DNA of 63,896 nucleotides, counting the filler, from Folioceros fuciformis (taxonomy: Eukaryota), in the NCBI GenBank assembly GCA_049999805.1. It is 10 parts of 10 records of this genome, joined end to end, with 100 filler letters (N's around TTAATTAATTAA, not from the genome) between each part and the next. Parts side by side here need not be neighbours in the genome. Positions count along the whole stretch, not along the records: positions 45,552 to 56,087 come from JBNGIO010001056.1; positions 56,188 to 61,645 come from JBNGIO010001059.1; 8 more parts are not named here. One strand, written 5' to 3'. Shown piece after piece: positions 47,536 through 59,975 of this stretch. The notes beneath the pieces were generated by a model that was given only the letters and a program-made list of their open reading frames with translations, did no database searches and was not told the origin of the DNA. Position 1 is the first letter of the stretch, and the number at the start of each line of letters is the position of its first letter. The position numbers and the translations under genes are program-made.

Positions 47536-47676
47536 GGGGTCGTTAACATCGGCAAGTTCCTGAGAAATGAGCTTTCCAAGACACAGGACACTTTATTTCG
47601 GTGGGTTGTTCGGTTGCCATTTTCGCTTCAAGAGGATCCCGCACTTGGCACGTTTACGTGTACTTCACGTCATAGA

Positions 47677-49128
47677 CTATCTAAACAACCTGCAGATCGT
47701 AGGAGAAAATTTCTGAGGTCGGACTCATGAAGCGCGAACAAGCATAACCCGTACAAGATCGTTACCTCCCATCAAGGCGCTTCTCTCCCTGTAAGGTTAT
47801 GCACAGGCTTCGGAACCCACCATTGTCTCGATGCTCATTCAGCCAAATCCCCTACCAAAATTCAAAGGCGAACGCAAGATTCTGCGATGAGACCATTCCT
47901 CCTTTAAAGGTGTTCGTGCGACGATTGCTTACCTGCCATATCCCTAGATTCAACCTGCCGCTTGTGATTGGAATGGTCAAAGAGGAACCCATCATGGAAG
48001 CCTTAACGTGTGCTGTGGCATAAGGACATAGCAAGGCATCATGTAAGAGGACCATCTGATCCAGGCAGCAGGTTTAGGGGACCCTCCAATAGAACCAGCA
48101 GATACACATCACAAGGGCCCGTTCCCACATACCAGGCATATCGTCAAGTCCTTCATCAAGGTGCCGATAGAATTGGCCCTGCATAGTCATGCCGTGTGGT
48201 TGTTACAACTGCAACAAAGGCCCAAAGTTACATAGACAGGCTTGCAAATCGCGACTTACTTCAGGGACAATTCTGTTCAATGTGTCCTCCATGTCCAGCG
48301 GGACTTCTGGGCTTGCGTTCTCATTTATCGTCAGACTCGCAGATGTATGCATTACTAGTCAAACAGGCAGACTCGAACCTGTGAGAAATATATTTTGAAA
48401 AAACAACCGGTTTCCGTCTTCACAGCAAGACAGTCGTGGGACTCACAGAAAATGTGCGCGAGGCCCACTTTGAAATGACTTATTTCAGGAACAGCTCTGT
48501 AAATGTGTGGGGTGATGATATGACAACCCCTGAGTCAGAAGCTAAGGTAAGAAATCAGGATCGCATGCAATCCCACTGGCAAGTATCTGCTGTTTGAAGA
48601 CCTACCTCTTTAGCTGCGGGAGCTCTACTATTCGTTGAACCCACTCTGTTCCTGAGGTTGATACTGGTGCAAAAGTGTAGGTTGAGTTAGAGCTATGTGA
48701 TGTGAGTAGATTTGCAACAACAAAGAGATGAAAATAGCTACAAAATCCAACACCTCATCAGAAACATGGGAGAATCCCGGGAAGCTCAGCTGATGGACGC
48801 AGCACACTCACAATTTCCAGTGCTTGCCTCACACTTCAAATCCTCGCGGAAGACTAGACCAGCTGCTTTGTGTATACTTGAGCCCTGAACTCCTAGGAGG
48901 CAGCATCAGACCGCATGTGCGGCAAAGAGAATTCACGCAGTCCCTGTAAAGAAAAGACTGCGGGCATTCATCTGTCCAACCGGCAATTTGTTCAAGACAA
49001 ACCTGATCGCAACAGCTCAAGCGATACCGGAGTGGCAGAGGGAAGGAAGAACCGATGGCGGGAAAGATGGTATGGCGACCAGAAGGGGATGGGAGGGCAC
49101 CGGGCCACGCACCAAACGCAGCTGCCAT
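47677..49128 (-). CDS. yjbQ: YjbQ/UPF0047 family protein (secondary thiamine-phosphate synthase-like) with putative plastid transit peptide; multi-exon
   Basis: Spliced: [130 protein letters not shown]. HTSAxLxINEN and LGxWQ are family signatures. The 5' exon structure is approximate. Confidence 0.92.
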
Positions 49129-49636
49129 GGTTTGCTAACTTTGCCTCAGTTGTTAAAGGTAAGTGCAACTGAGGCAGCTGTTCAACCGGAGAAATACTGG
49201 TGGGTGCATGGTGTACGTCTCCTTCACAACTCCTACCGAGCACCACGGTGTGCTCAGACCCTTGAAGACCCCCTTCTTCTGGGCGAAAGGTACGCCAGCG
49301 GGCTTTGCTCACGCATCGCGTTCAATAGTGTTCAGGTCCTTCCTCGGCCTGCCCCGAGATCCCTCGCCTGCTGTCGCTGATCTTTCGGTTCCCTCTGCTT
49401 CAAAGAGCCTCTCGTGTCGCTCACAACTGCGGCATTTTGCGCAGTGTTGGTGGCTCGTCACAGATGCTGTTTTCTCATTGTCTCCTTCAGCGTGCTACCT
49501 CAGATTTCGGGAGCTGACAGTCCACATATGGGTGCCTGCTTCACGTACTATCTCGACAGATTTAACACGACAGGACAGGAAAAGGGGGTGGTGGACGCCT
49601 TCGTCTGACAACTTTGCTCAATTGGCTCCTGTACCC

Positions 49637-51824
49637 ATGACTAGCCAAGACAGTGATATTCCCTCCATCGTCCACCTCAATGTAGGTTAGTGCTTTGCTT
49701 CTTTCGTGGGTGACTATCTTTCGAAAGGGAATTTCTGATTAGAGGATACCTGCGGCGGGCTGAGAGTGTCGCATGATTACCCTCTTCGAGTTTGGACTGC
49801 GCAGGTGGAGCGGTATTCGCAACAACCGTAGGCACATTGACTCTTCGTGACACTGATTCAATGCTAGCTGTCATGTTCAGTGGGAGACATCGCGTTCATA
49901 AAGATCCAAAGAAGGTGCCGTCCTAAGTGCTTTCCGTTGCTTCTTCTCTGATTCATAAACAGGAGATACTTGTCCTCAGATGATGTAAGGTTGAAGCAGG
50001 GCACCGTCTTCATCGATCGAGATGGCACTCATTTTAGACACGTCTTGAATTGGTTAAGGGATGGAGTTGTTCCAACGCTGGAGATGCCGGCGTACCAGGA
50101 GCTGCTCCGAGAAGCACATTATTATCAGCTTACGGTATGTCTTGAGTCCTCAGCACATCCGTGGCAGGGTTCATTAATGGGCTTGGATGAAACGATGTCT
50201 TTGTTCTCTTGACTTCTACCATGGGGTGATAAGCACTAGTGTCTCGGTTTTGGTGTATCTGGCAGGGTCTCATTGAAGCCCTGAATATGGTAGTGACGAA
50301 AAAAGATGATGATGAGGAGAAGCCTGAGATGACTAGGAGGGAGGTAATCAAGTGTCTGCAGTTTAAAAGGGTTCGGCTTCGTGGAGTAAATTTATCGGGA
50401 CAAAATTTGTCGAAGTTGGTGAGCGTTTGTTTGCGCATGTATGCTGATATTATGGATGGTACAAAGTTGAAACAATTGATCGAGCATCTGCCTTCTAATT
50501 ACAATTACATGCGGAGAGCAGGATTTGACAGGAGTGGATTTCAGCAATGCTCGGTTGATAAATACCTTCTTTTCTCGTGCCATGCTTCAATCTGCTAAGT
50601 TTCGGGTAGTTCTCAGTTCTCTGTCTCTGCAAAGTGCATAATTGCTGTCCTCCAACTTGGAGGGATCCATCCTTATGTCGAAAGTTCAATTGTCTACATG
50701 TATCCCTTTCTTGCTTTAAGGGTCATTTCTGCCATAATGTTTCAAGTAGTAGATTTGATGTATACTGGCTGACGTGACGTTTGCACCGACAGGATGCAGA
50801 AGCAGATGGATCCAACTTTCAGAAAGCTATTCTCAGGGAGTATGAATCTAATTCCTGCCTCTGTTTTCTGTTTCCTTTTGTGGCGCATTTACTGTTGTCT
50901 TGAGGTTGAAAAGCATTATGTTTGTGGGACCTGCAACTTGACGCGATGGAGCTCATTACACGACCAGGTGTGTTTTCATTGGAGCATTTTTGCGTGGTGC
51001 TGTTCTTTCTGGTGCAAATCTGCAAAGCGCCAACATGCAAGGTACCGCACCTTCACCGATTTCCGGATCGAGTGGCTGGTTCCTCATTGTAGCTGTCTAG
51101 ATTTTAGCGCACTTTTGAGTGCACATGAATCTGTGGAAAGCTAGCCACCTACTTACTCATCAACCAATCATTGTGTGTCCAGATGCAATCTTGACAGATG
51201 CGAGCTTTTGTGGAGCGGACTTGCGCTCAGCTCATTTGCAGGTTTCCTGTGCAGTCTCTTTGTCTCAATTCCATCGTCCTGGCCCTGGATACCATTTTTA
51301 TCACGGTTGTGGGGAACGAAGAGAACTGACCGGACGTGTTTCTTGGATGTTTGCAGAACGCTGACCTCACCAATGCAAATCTTTCAGGAGCCATTTTAGA
51401 ACAAGCAAACTTGAAGGTGTGACGCAGTTCGCGAAGTCTACACGCTTTGTACCCCTCGGATGTTTTACGTGTCGTTTTGTGGCGTTCTTTTCCTTAACTT
51501 TGTCCTTTTTTGTGGCTTAACAGGGTGCAAAGCTCAAGGGGGCCGATTTGCGTAGGGCAAATTTGCAACGGGCATACTTACGAGCTTTGGACCTTCGCGA
51601 CACGGTAACCAGGGCAGTTGGTCATCTTTGTTGCGACTTTCCATTTCCCTCTGTGCTTGTACGTCGTGCTTCAAGAATTGGATTTCAGAGCCGAGTTGGA
51701 TTCTCTGTGACAAACAAATACTTTGCAAATTTCTCAGAAGATGGAGGGTGCAAACCTTGAGGGTGCAAACTTGCAAGGAGCAAGCAGACCCGGACCTTCA
51801 GATTGTGCCAATCAACCGTTATGA
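49637..51824 (+). CDS. FIP2: FIP2-like protein: BTB/POZ (KCTD-type) domain plus pentapeptide repeats; ~11 exons
   Basis: IVHLNVG/GAVFATTVGTLT..SMLAVMFSGRH/VFIDRDGTHFRHVLNWLRDG..LLREAHYYQL, then A(N/D)L repeats (GVNLSGQNLSKL, GANLQSANMQ, ADLRSAHLQ, ANLQRAYLR, GANLEGANLQGA); stop at 51822-51824. Confidence 0.93.
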
Positions 51825-52252
51825 AGTGGGCGATTCGTCGACTTGTGAGGCAGCCATAAAGTCTGGCTTTACAATTGTATAATGCAATTCTACAGTGCTT
51901 ATCCTTTCGGGTCATGATGTACTTAAGGCACGTTTTTTAGTTTGACCGTACTGTGACAATTTATCCACAGGACAATTCGATTACATGTACAGGTTCCCAC
52001 CTTACTCTATTTCTATATAGCAAGGATTTGGCTTGTGGCTCACGTTAAGATCCTCGTGCCTCCTCTTTTCCATCTTTTGCGGCACTCGGTAATACAATAT
52101 GGAGCATCCACTGCTGCACGCAGTTATGCAGCGTACAGTCTACTTATAACAGTTAAACAACAAACCCGCAAGGTTCCTTGTGATCAGGGTCTTCTTAGCT
52201 GGAAGGGAACAATTCGACGGTTCGAAACTGAGAGTATGAATTCATTGTCGAA

Positions 52253-54023
52253 TCAGGCATACGACATGCACTTGAGCTCCTCACCTAAATCGCTGGTGAC
52301 CTGCTTTCCTTTACCCCAGAAAGTTGCAAGGCTGAGACCCATGACAGCCATGATGACTACGGAGCATGCGGGTGGAACAGCGTGACTACCACCCAGAAAT
52401 TGAGTTGCCAACAGCATGGCCAACGTGGAGCTCTGCATCCCAGTACAGAGTGTAATAGTTTTTGATAGTTTCTCCTCTTGCCTATTCATCAACCAACGGC
52501 CACAGATTGAATCCCAAATGGAGGAATTCTTCAATCAAAAGACTTTTGGTTAGAAGACTTATCAGAGATATTACCTCCAGAAAGGCAACTTTGAGATGCA
52601 GTAGCCCATGACGAAAGCTGCGATGTGGAAAACCAGAACTGGCAACAATAGCTGAAAGCCTTGAGCTGAAATTATTTGACCCCTATTCAAAGCTAGCGGA
52701 CTTCCGATGCAGAGAGACGTGCAAACCATGGCCACCAGAGGCATGAATGGCCGGATCTTATCAACAGAAGACTTGGCACACGAATTCAGAAGGAGCCCTA
52801 GCATAACAGGGCAAATGACAACCTGGAAAATAGACCAAGCGATGAGAAACTCGTGTAGACACTGAAGTGGTCCACGAAAATTGTGCGAGCACCGAGCATT
52901 GTGTACTAAGCGCTATAGGAAATTTCGACAGCACCTGCAAAATTGATGTGGACATTGCGACGACATCCACTGGCACCACGGACCCAATTAAGAGCTTGGT
53001 CAACAGAGGGGTAGCAAACACTGATGAAATGGTCGTAAGGCTAGTCAAAACAATGCTGAAGGCCACATCTCCTTCACTCAAGTAGGCAGCATAGCTTGAC
53101 AGCTGAGCACCAGCGACGCATGACGTGAGGATCAATCCAGCGGCAAAGGCAGGCGACACATTGAATGCTGTCGCAACTCCATATCCCAACAGAGGCTTAA
53201 TAGCATACTGTCCCGTGTAGCCGACGAGTACGGACAAAGGTCTAGACAATGAGAAGGTAAGTGAGGAGCAAGGTGGCGCTGGAGAGGCTGAACAAGTGTG
53301 GCACATAGGATGGAGGAACACGGTATGTTGATACCTTTTGAAGACGAGGGCAAAATCCGAAAGTGAAAGCTGCACGCCGATGGACAGCATGATCCCGCCT
53401 AACGCTGGGGCATAGTACTCCTTACTGACCCTGCAGGTGCAAGAGTGAGCTAGTTGATGTGTGAAATGGCAGCAGGTGTGAAATGAGTTTGAGGCAGCAA
53501 GAGACCAGGCAAATGACGCCGGGTGAGTGAGAGCACAGGCCGCAGTTGCAACCACGACGTAAGGCAACAGTTTGGAGAGAGATTTGGTGACATCGAGACC
53601 CCTTCCATGCTTGTTCCTCTTGACTTTGATGCCAAAAGAAGCTAGAGATACGTTGCCCTCTCTCTTGTAAACGCCAACCCTTCCCTTATGAGGAGCCATG
53701 CACAAAACAGAAGGCCTGGAAAGCCTGCAGAACTTGACGTGACTTGACACAAAGTGGACAGCGGCAGCGAAGTCGCTAGAGAACCAAGCGAATTTGTTCA
53801 ATCTTGAATCCCTTATCCGCCTAGTCCGTGTGTTAGTATCTGCGCAGGGAATCATGGATGCCGGAGTTAGAATCGAATCCCGGTTTTCGCTGCTTCAATT
53901 GGAAGGAGGGAGTAGACCTGTGTGGTCGAAGCCAGCGCTGGTGGATGGAGCGGAGTCGGAAGAGACTGACGACCTGCATGAGGGAGTGAGAAGGCAGGCA
54001 ATGGCCAGGGAGCAGGCGCCCAT
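52253..54023 (-). CDS. BASS3: Plastid bile acid:sodium symporter family transporter, BASS3-like; start exon uncertain
   Basis: LLPYVVVATA..HPASFAW/VSKEYYAPALGGIMLSIGVQLS..QYAIKPLLG..CVAGAQLSSYA..TPLLTKLLIGSVVPVD..MVCTSLCIGSPLALNR..TITLCTGMQSSTLAMLLATQFLG..VPPACSVVIMA..FWG. Confidence 0.92.
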
Positions 54024-54521
54024 GGTGGTGATGTCTATCAGCTTCTGCGTCACAATGACACGCCCTGCACCGGCATGGCGGCAATGGTCAAATTGAAGAA
54101 GCATCTGCGTTGCACTGTAGCTCTGCACCGCCAGACCTCGCCCGGGGCAAGCGAGAGCCCAGGCACCCCCCATGTGGGGGCCCGCCGCACCTCAGCAGTG
54201 AGAAGCGGAGGCATCGCGTGCACACCTTCGCCGCTAGGATACTACATCACCAACTCCCATATATGTATATGATGTACACATGGTGCACGTACATCACATA
54301 CAATCAATGACACGTAGCCATATCTCGCTACACATGTGGCCGATGGCGCAACAATTCATCGACGTTAAGGTGCCACGTGGTACTCAGAAATGCTGCCACC
54401 CTCAACCATAAGGCGGCTACAGAGGTTCTAATTTGTACTTTGGTTACTGTGCAACTTCCTAATGCGCCGCAGTAGGTCTCGAGAAGGCTATTGAATGGAT
54501 ACATCCAAGCCGGACCCATTC

Positions 54522-56087
54522 CTATGTCTTTGACACAAAATCTGCGGCCTTGACTAACTTGATGCGCTCTTGAGCCAAAAACCAAGATATAGCACTCCTT
54601 TGCCCGCTCTTTAAACTCCTGCACTCCAACAGGCCAACACCCATGACAGAGTTGAGTGGCAAGCGAGGCGATACAACTAGGAATGTTAAAAAAAAGGGAG
54701 GGAGTAGTGGACCATCAGGAAGAGAAGACATAAACTCAGTACTTGGTGTCCATGTGCACCACCACGCTGCCTCCTGGAAATCCAGCTTGAGTGCTCTCTA
54801 TGGCTTTGCGAATTGCCTGCTTCCAAGTCCCACCAACATGGGAGTAGTCAGATAAGCCGGCACTACACTCCTCCATGGGCAATGCGTATCCGGACAAGAG
54901 GTGGCCAACCCAAACACCCTCTCTCCTGCATGGCCACCAATTTGTGTCATGGCATGAAAGGAGATTGGGTGCCTTGAAATTAAAAGCCAGCCAGCTGGCT
55001 CACTTCACTATGTCCATGTGCCGAGGAACGTAATGACCACCACCTAGGCCAACTAGGACCTCTTCTCCATTAGCAGCCCTGCCAAACATCCGTGCATACG
55101 TGTGTCATTCCGAATGTCCGAAAAGCTGTCAGAGGCACGGCACAAAGTAACCTCGCATACACTGTCCAACTGCCCACACCAGGTCCTCCATCCAGCCCTA
55201 AGCCTCTCCACACTGTCTGCCACAAAGCCAAGACGGGTTATATTAGGTTCAGGCACTGGCGTGAATCAACAACAGAGATTAGTAGGCCCCTCAAACCGTT
55301 GCGACTGCTTGTGCGGCATCCTGCCTTCCCCAATACTCTTGCGTACTACCTGTGCACATGCGAGGATAGAACAGTCGGGGATCGTCACAACCATCAACCC
55401 ACTTTAGCACGACCGTGCCATTTCAAGCCTTACCGATCTCCACGAACATGGCAGGCGTGTCGACCACAGGACCATGATGCGTCGCCTCCAGCGTAATCTA
55501 AGAGAGGCCACCAGAAGGGAGCTTGCAGCGTTCCAAGCCTACAAAACCCTCTCCCTTTTATCACAATTCTAACCGACACTACCTCGAATTCGGGGACAAG
55601 TTTCTGCTGGGCGGCCACATGCTTCATGAGCCTAAACCATGGACCCAAACGCGGACAGGGAGGAGCAGCCCAACCCGGTTTCCCTCCAGCTATAACTTTC
55701 TCGTGAACTTGCAGGTGAGGCACACCTACATGCAACAGAGCAATCACGTTCACGACGGTGACTTGGGTCCCAAGTCACCACCTTTACCGTCTCAAAAGTA
55801 GTTGCCCATCACCTATGGGATGCAAAGTCAGTGCCGGTTTGTTGGAGGTGGCGGTGTGCCGGCTGAGAAAAATAATCTCCTTCACCTGCTCCCCCGTCTC
55901 TGCCTCCCATCGTTTGTCCAGATGATCCTCGGTCACCATTTCTCCCGCAAGTTGCAACAGCCTCACTCTTCCGGCCACAAACGACGGAATTTCCTGCCGT
56001 TGCAACAGTGCTGTAGCAGCCAACCTCGGTTCCCACCCAACCTTACAAACAAGTGCAAGACCTTACCTTCAACGGAGGGCCGGATCG
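54522..56087 (-). CDS. GEK1: D-aminoacyl-tRNA deacylase of the archaeal/plant DTD2 type; 5' end cut off by the contig end
   Basis: EDHLDKRWEAETGEQVKEIIFLSRHTATSNKPALTLHPIG/GGKPGWAAPPCPRLGPW..PEFE/ITLEATHHGPVVDTPAMFVEIG/STQEYWGRQDAA/VGLGGGHYVPRHMDIV/GHLLSGYALPM..GGTWKQAI/SLKSGQR..FVSKT*. Confidence 0.94.
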
Positions 56088-56187
56088 NNNNNNNNNNNNN
56101 NNNNNNNNNNNNNNNNNNNNNNNNNNNNNNNTTAATTAATTAANNNNNNNNNNNNNNNNNNNNNNNNNNNNNNNNNNNNNNNNNNNN

Positions 56188-56610
56188 CTCCTGAGGTGAC
56201 GGCCATCCTGGTGCAGTGGGAGGCGATCAAACGCCAGTTCGCAGCGGGGAGCCACGAGGCGGCCATGAAGCTGGACATTCCAGAGAGGGTGCACGTGTCC
56301 GCGGCCTGGAAGATGTCGGCGGGGAACCCGTACCCGCCGCCGGAGCACATCGTCGATGGAAACCGGTACGAGCTTGTGCTCACTCCTGCGGACGTGAGCA
56401 GCATTCTCGACCGGGTGGCTGAAGCGGCCTTGCGGAACTTAAATGAGATACTCCCCGGCGATGACCAGCTCTTCCTGCTGGCCCGCGCGTCCTCTTCGCC
56501 CTACCTCTGTGCTTGGGTGCAGCAACGTGCCAATCGGGTGGTCACCATGCTGCCTGACTCCGATAGAGCTCTCTCTCAGGGTGCTTTCTTGCCTGGTTTG
56601 ATAAGCGCGT
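56188..56610 (+). pseudogene. C-terminal fragment of an HSPA12-like atypical Hsp70 (actin-like ATPase lobe), apparently degenerate
   Basis: ILVQWEAIKRQF..LDIP..ELVLTPADVSSILDRVAEAALRNLNEIL..LFLLARASSSPYL..PDSDRALSQGAFLPGL follows the pattern WE..KR.F / D...IFDPVV / LFLVGGFSESPYL / P...AV..GA; the GGF motif is altered. Confidence 0.6.
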
Positions 56611-57047
56611 CTACACCAGACTGCCTGGTCGGATGCGTTGCATTCGTAGGCCTCTTTGCACTGCAAGTTTGCGTAATCGCCCTTATTGTAATAGTCACGC
56701 CCAACGATAGTAGGAACCATAAGTCATAAATCGGTTGTAAATGAAATTCAACAGCCCTGGTCCAACTGATAAGAAGAGTACATTCTGTAATAATTTGTAA
56801 GTTTTGTGGTTACTAGAATGGTGGGGCTTATGGCTGGCAAATCCTGATTTGTGGTGGTCACCCCAGGGTACATAAAGGGCCTTCCTTGAGGCTGTTGTCT
56901 AGTCTTGTTAGTGAGGCTCTTGTGGGTTTGTGTTGTTGTTCCTCTGTCCTCTTGTGCTATAAACCCTTGGCCTTTCTTATGTTTCCGAGATCTGGTACAA
57001 TCTATCACCAACATGGAGACACAAGACTTGCAAACTACCATGGCCTT

Positions 57048-57123
57048 GGTCTGGACACAGACAGGAGTTGCAAACTTCCAAGGCCTAGGTCTGGACACAG
57101 ACAAGAGTTGCAAACTTCCAAGG
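57048..57123. repeat. ~40-bp tandem duplication
   Basis: GGTCTGGACACAGACA(G/A)GAGTTGCAAACTTCCAAGG x2. Confidence 0.9.
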
Positions 57124-57499
57124 ACTTGGCCTGAGAGAATCGGATTTGTCGGAAGGACCTTGTATGGCCTTGAATTTCACTTTTTCTTAGCATCCTGGGA
57201 AGTTAGTCATGAATAATGTACATTCCGAAAACATCTTGGAAAAGTCAGGACTTCTCCATTGCGACGAGGATCTGGGCACCCTCGTCGATACAGCTGTGGC
57301 TAGCCATCCATTTCCTTGTGCATCCCGTGGACAGCAGGAACTTCGAGATGTCAGTTCTTTCAGAAAGACGCAATGACGTCAACGTCACAGCAGAAACTGC
57401 AATCACGTCCTGCAGTCGTCGCGCGGCGAACATCCTGCCTCAACATCGCTGGACACCGCGACTGCACTCTCCTCTCCTCACCTCATCTCATGAGCTGGC

Positions 57500-58775
57500 T
57501 ATTGTACGACTATGGGCTTCACGGCCTGAGTATCGAATGTGGAGACGCGGTGTTTTGATGGTGGAGGAGAATTGCTTGCCGCTGATGGTGGCATAGTCCT
57601 GTCAACAATGCGAGATGGTGATTGGTGGGAAACATGTGGTGACATGGAATGCTGTGATGGCAGCAGGTTCCCAACAAGGAGTGGGGCAGGAAGCCAAACA
57701 CCTTTTCAACGCTATGCAACAGGAGGGAGTTGTTTCCCCGAGTCGGTGACATTTGTGTGCTTTCTGCAGGCCGTGCACGTCTGGGCTCGGCGCCCAAACG
57801 TGTACGCAAAGTGTGGCAGCTTGGAAGTTGCTCTCTTTCTGTGTTTGACGGACTGCATGAAGACAATGTGGTGACACGGAGTGCAAAGGTAGCAGAGTAT
57901 TTCCAGCGGGGCATGGTACAAGAAAGTCTGGGTCTCTACCGCTCCATGCAACAAGAAGGCATCGTCGCACACAATGATGTAGTATTTGTTTGCCTCTTAC
58001 AGTCATGTGCAAATGTGACCGCCCTGCATCTGGGAAAGCAGCTGCACGCACATACCAAACAAGAAGGACTAGAATCCGACATGCTGGTAGGTGGCAGTTT
58101 CATCCACATGTCTGGGAATTGTGGTAGCATGGCGGATGCAAGCGAGGTGTTTGACGCACTGCCCTAAAGAGACACAGCGACCTGGAATGCACGGAGCGCA
58201 GGCTACATGCGACAAGGAGACAGTGACCTTGTTGTCAAGATGCAAGACGATGGTAAATATCCAGACAGCTTCACGTTCCTCTCTGTATTAACGGTATGCC
58301 GTGACAGGGATCTGGTGAACAAGGTGCAAGAGTATTTCGAGGCCATGAGGACAGTCCAAGGCATCAGTCCCACAGTGGACCACTGCACATGCGTGGTGGA
58401 TCTCCTGGGTCGTGCTGGACAACTGGAGGAGGCACTAGCTTTAGCTAGGACGATGCCTGTATTCCCTGAGGCTGCAGTTTGGCGCACTGTACTGGGTGCT
58501 TGTCAAAAATGGAGCAACGTGGAGGTGGCTGCCACGCTTTCCATGAAGCAGTGAAGCTGGACCAGAAAGATGTTGCAGTAGATGTGTTGATGCCCAACGC
58601 ATACACAAGTGCTCAGATGTGGGAGCAAGCACAAGAGATCCAGGCGGGGAGAAAAAAAGTGGGGGCATGGAAGCTGCCAGGCCAGAGATGGCGGGCAGAC
58701 ATGGACGGGCATCGTTTTTCGGTTGGGGATCATAAGCATCCCGGAAGTAAGGCAAGCAAGGCTGCACAGCTGTGA
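57500..58775 (+). pseudogene. PLS-class PPR gene with E/E+ region, frameshifted with a premature stop
   Basis: VVTWNAVMAAGSQQG.GQEA..LF..MQQEG, VVFVCLLQSCANVTALHLGKQLHAH, YPDSFTFLSVLTVC..YFEAM..GISPTVDHCTCVVDLLGRAGQLEEA..MPVFPEAAVWRTVLGAC, HRFSVGDHKHP; TAA at 58165 and several frame changes. Confidence 0.88.
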
Positions 58776-59195
58776 CAAAAAGTTAGATTCGTTCAATTAA
58801 GTCTGGCATTCGTTCTTTGTATCATGGTGGAAGCAACAGAAACATTGGCAGAGGGAGGTACATATGTGTGACGTGGAAATGCTTTCCTCACCAGTTCCTG
58901 ATGTTAGATGAGACAATATTGTAAAGCTAGGATACATCCCGGGAGTCAAGCAAGCAAGGCTGCACAGCCCAGTCCCAGTATTTCACGAGAAGAAGTTGGA
59001 TTCGTTCATTGAAATCTAGCCACCTTTGAAGGTGCACTACCGAGCTTTCAAGGACAGCTAGCACGAAGAAGCATTTTCATTGAATGTATCATGCTGGAAC
59101 CAAAAGAAACATTGACAGAGGGTGGCACAGATGTGTGACGTGCAAATCGTTTCCTCAGCAATTGTTAGAGCCGACAACATTGTAAAGCTACGATA
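58737..59195. repeat. Imperfect tandem duplication downstream of the PPR pseudogene
   Basis: ATCCCGG..GCAAGCAAGGCTGCACAGC at 58737 and 58936; TGTATCATG..GAAACATTG.CAGAGGG..ATGTGTGACGTG..ATTGTAAAGCTA.GATAC at ~58818 and ~59085. Confidence 0.8.
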
Positions 59196-59975
59196 CGTTC
59201 GTCTGTCCGGAAGCCGTTTCATGGCCCTAAGCTTGTAGATGTCGGCCTGTACGAATAGTCAGGCTGCGGTGGTGCCCACAGGTGAGATGTAGATGAGCGC
59301 TGTTCTCAAGTTAGCACATTTTTAGGTCTTGTAGCAAGCTTCCAATGACCGATGAAGCTTCAGTCACGGTTTGTGGCGATAGGTGTGGAAGTGGAGAGCA
59401 CGACGGCCAAATTGTGTAGCCGGCTGCCGGCTGGGAGCTTCTGCAAAGGTTTGGGGTCCAGACTGCGCAGAGTGACTCTTGTTGTCCAGTTCTCGGCCGT
59501 GTCCAGAGTTGTCATGAAATGGAGGCTGCATTCGATTCCGGTGACATGGTGCGGCCAGTGGCGATTGCGTCCGGCTGGGGCGTGTCCGGCGAATGCGACG
59601 CATGACAAATCACCTCGGAGCGTCTTGAGGTCGAAAGAAACATCGCAAAACGTGTGGTTAGCAGCAGGGATATGGTGCGGAGACTAGAAGCCGGTGCCTG
59701 TCCGCAGGTGACTGTGACGACGATGATAAGCGTCGTCGTGAAGATAAAAAAATGAACTATAGGCTTTTGATCTTTAACGTTAAATGCGTTAGGACATCAT
59801 CACACAAAAATGTTTTTATTTTTCTTAGGGTGAATTTAATATGCCGTGATAACTAAGTAGTAAGAAAAAATTATCTTTGATAATAGAGTAAAAGAAATAA
59901 ATAATATAATACAAAGATGCTTATAGTGGAGCTACTAATCGAGAGGTTAGTGCATGGGCTTCTCATCAATTCAGC

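Noticed and set aside
40603-56087. ORP3, LMW-PTP-like, yjbQ, FIP2, BASS3 and GEK1 as a functional gene cluster
   Set aside because: Functions are unrelated, orientations are mixed, and an artificial spacer at 45452-45551 separates the two groups
59920-59935. TATAGTGGAGC as a decayed TA-CAGTGG pogo left TIR
   Set aside because: No matching right TIR before the contig end, so it cannot be confirmed
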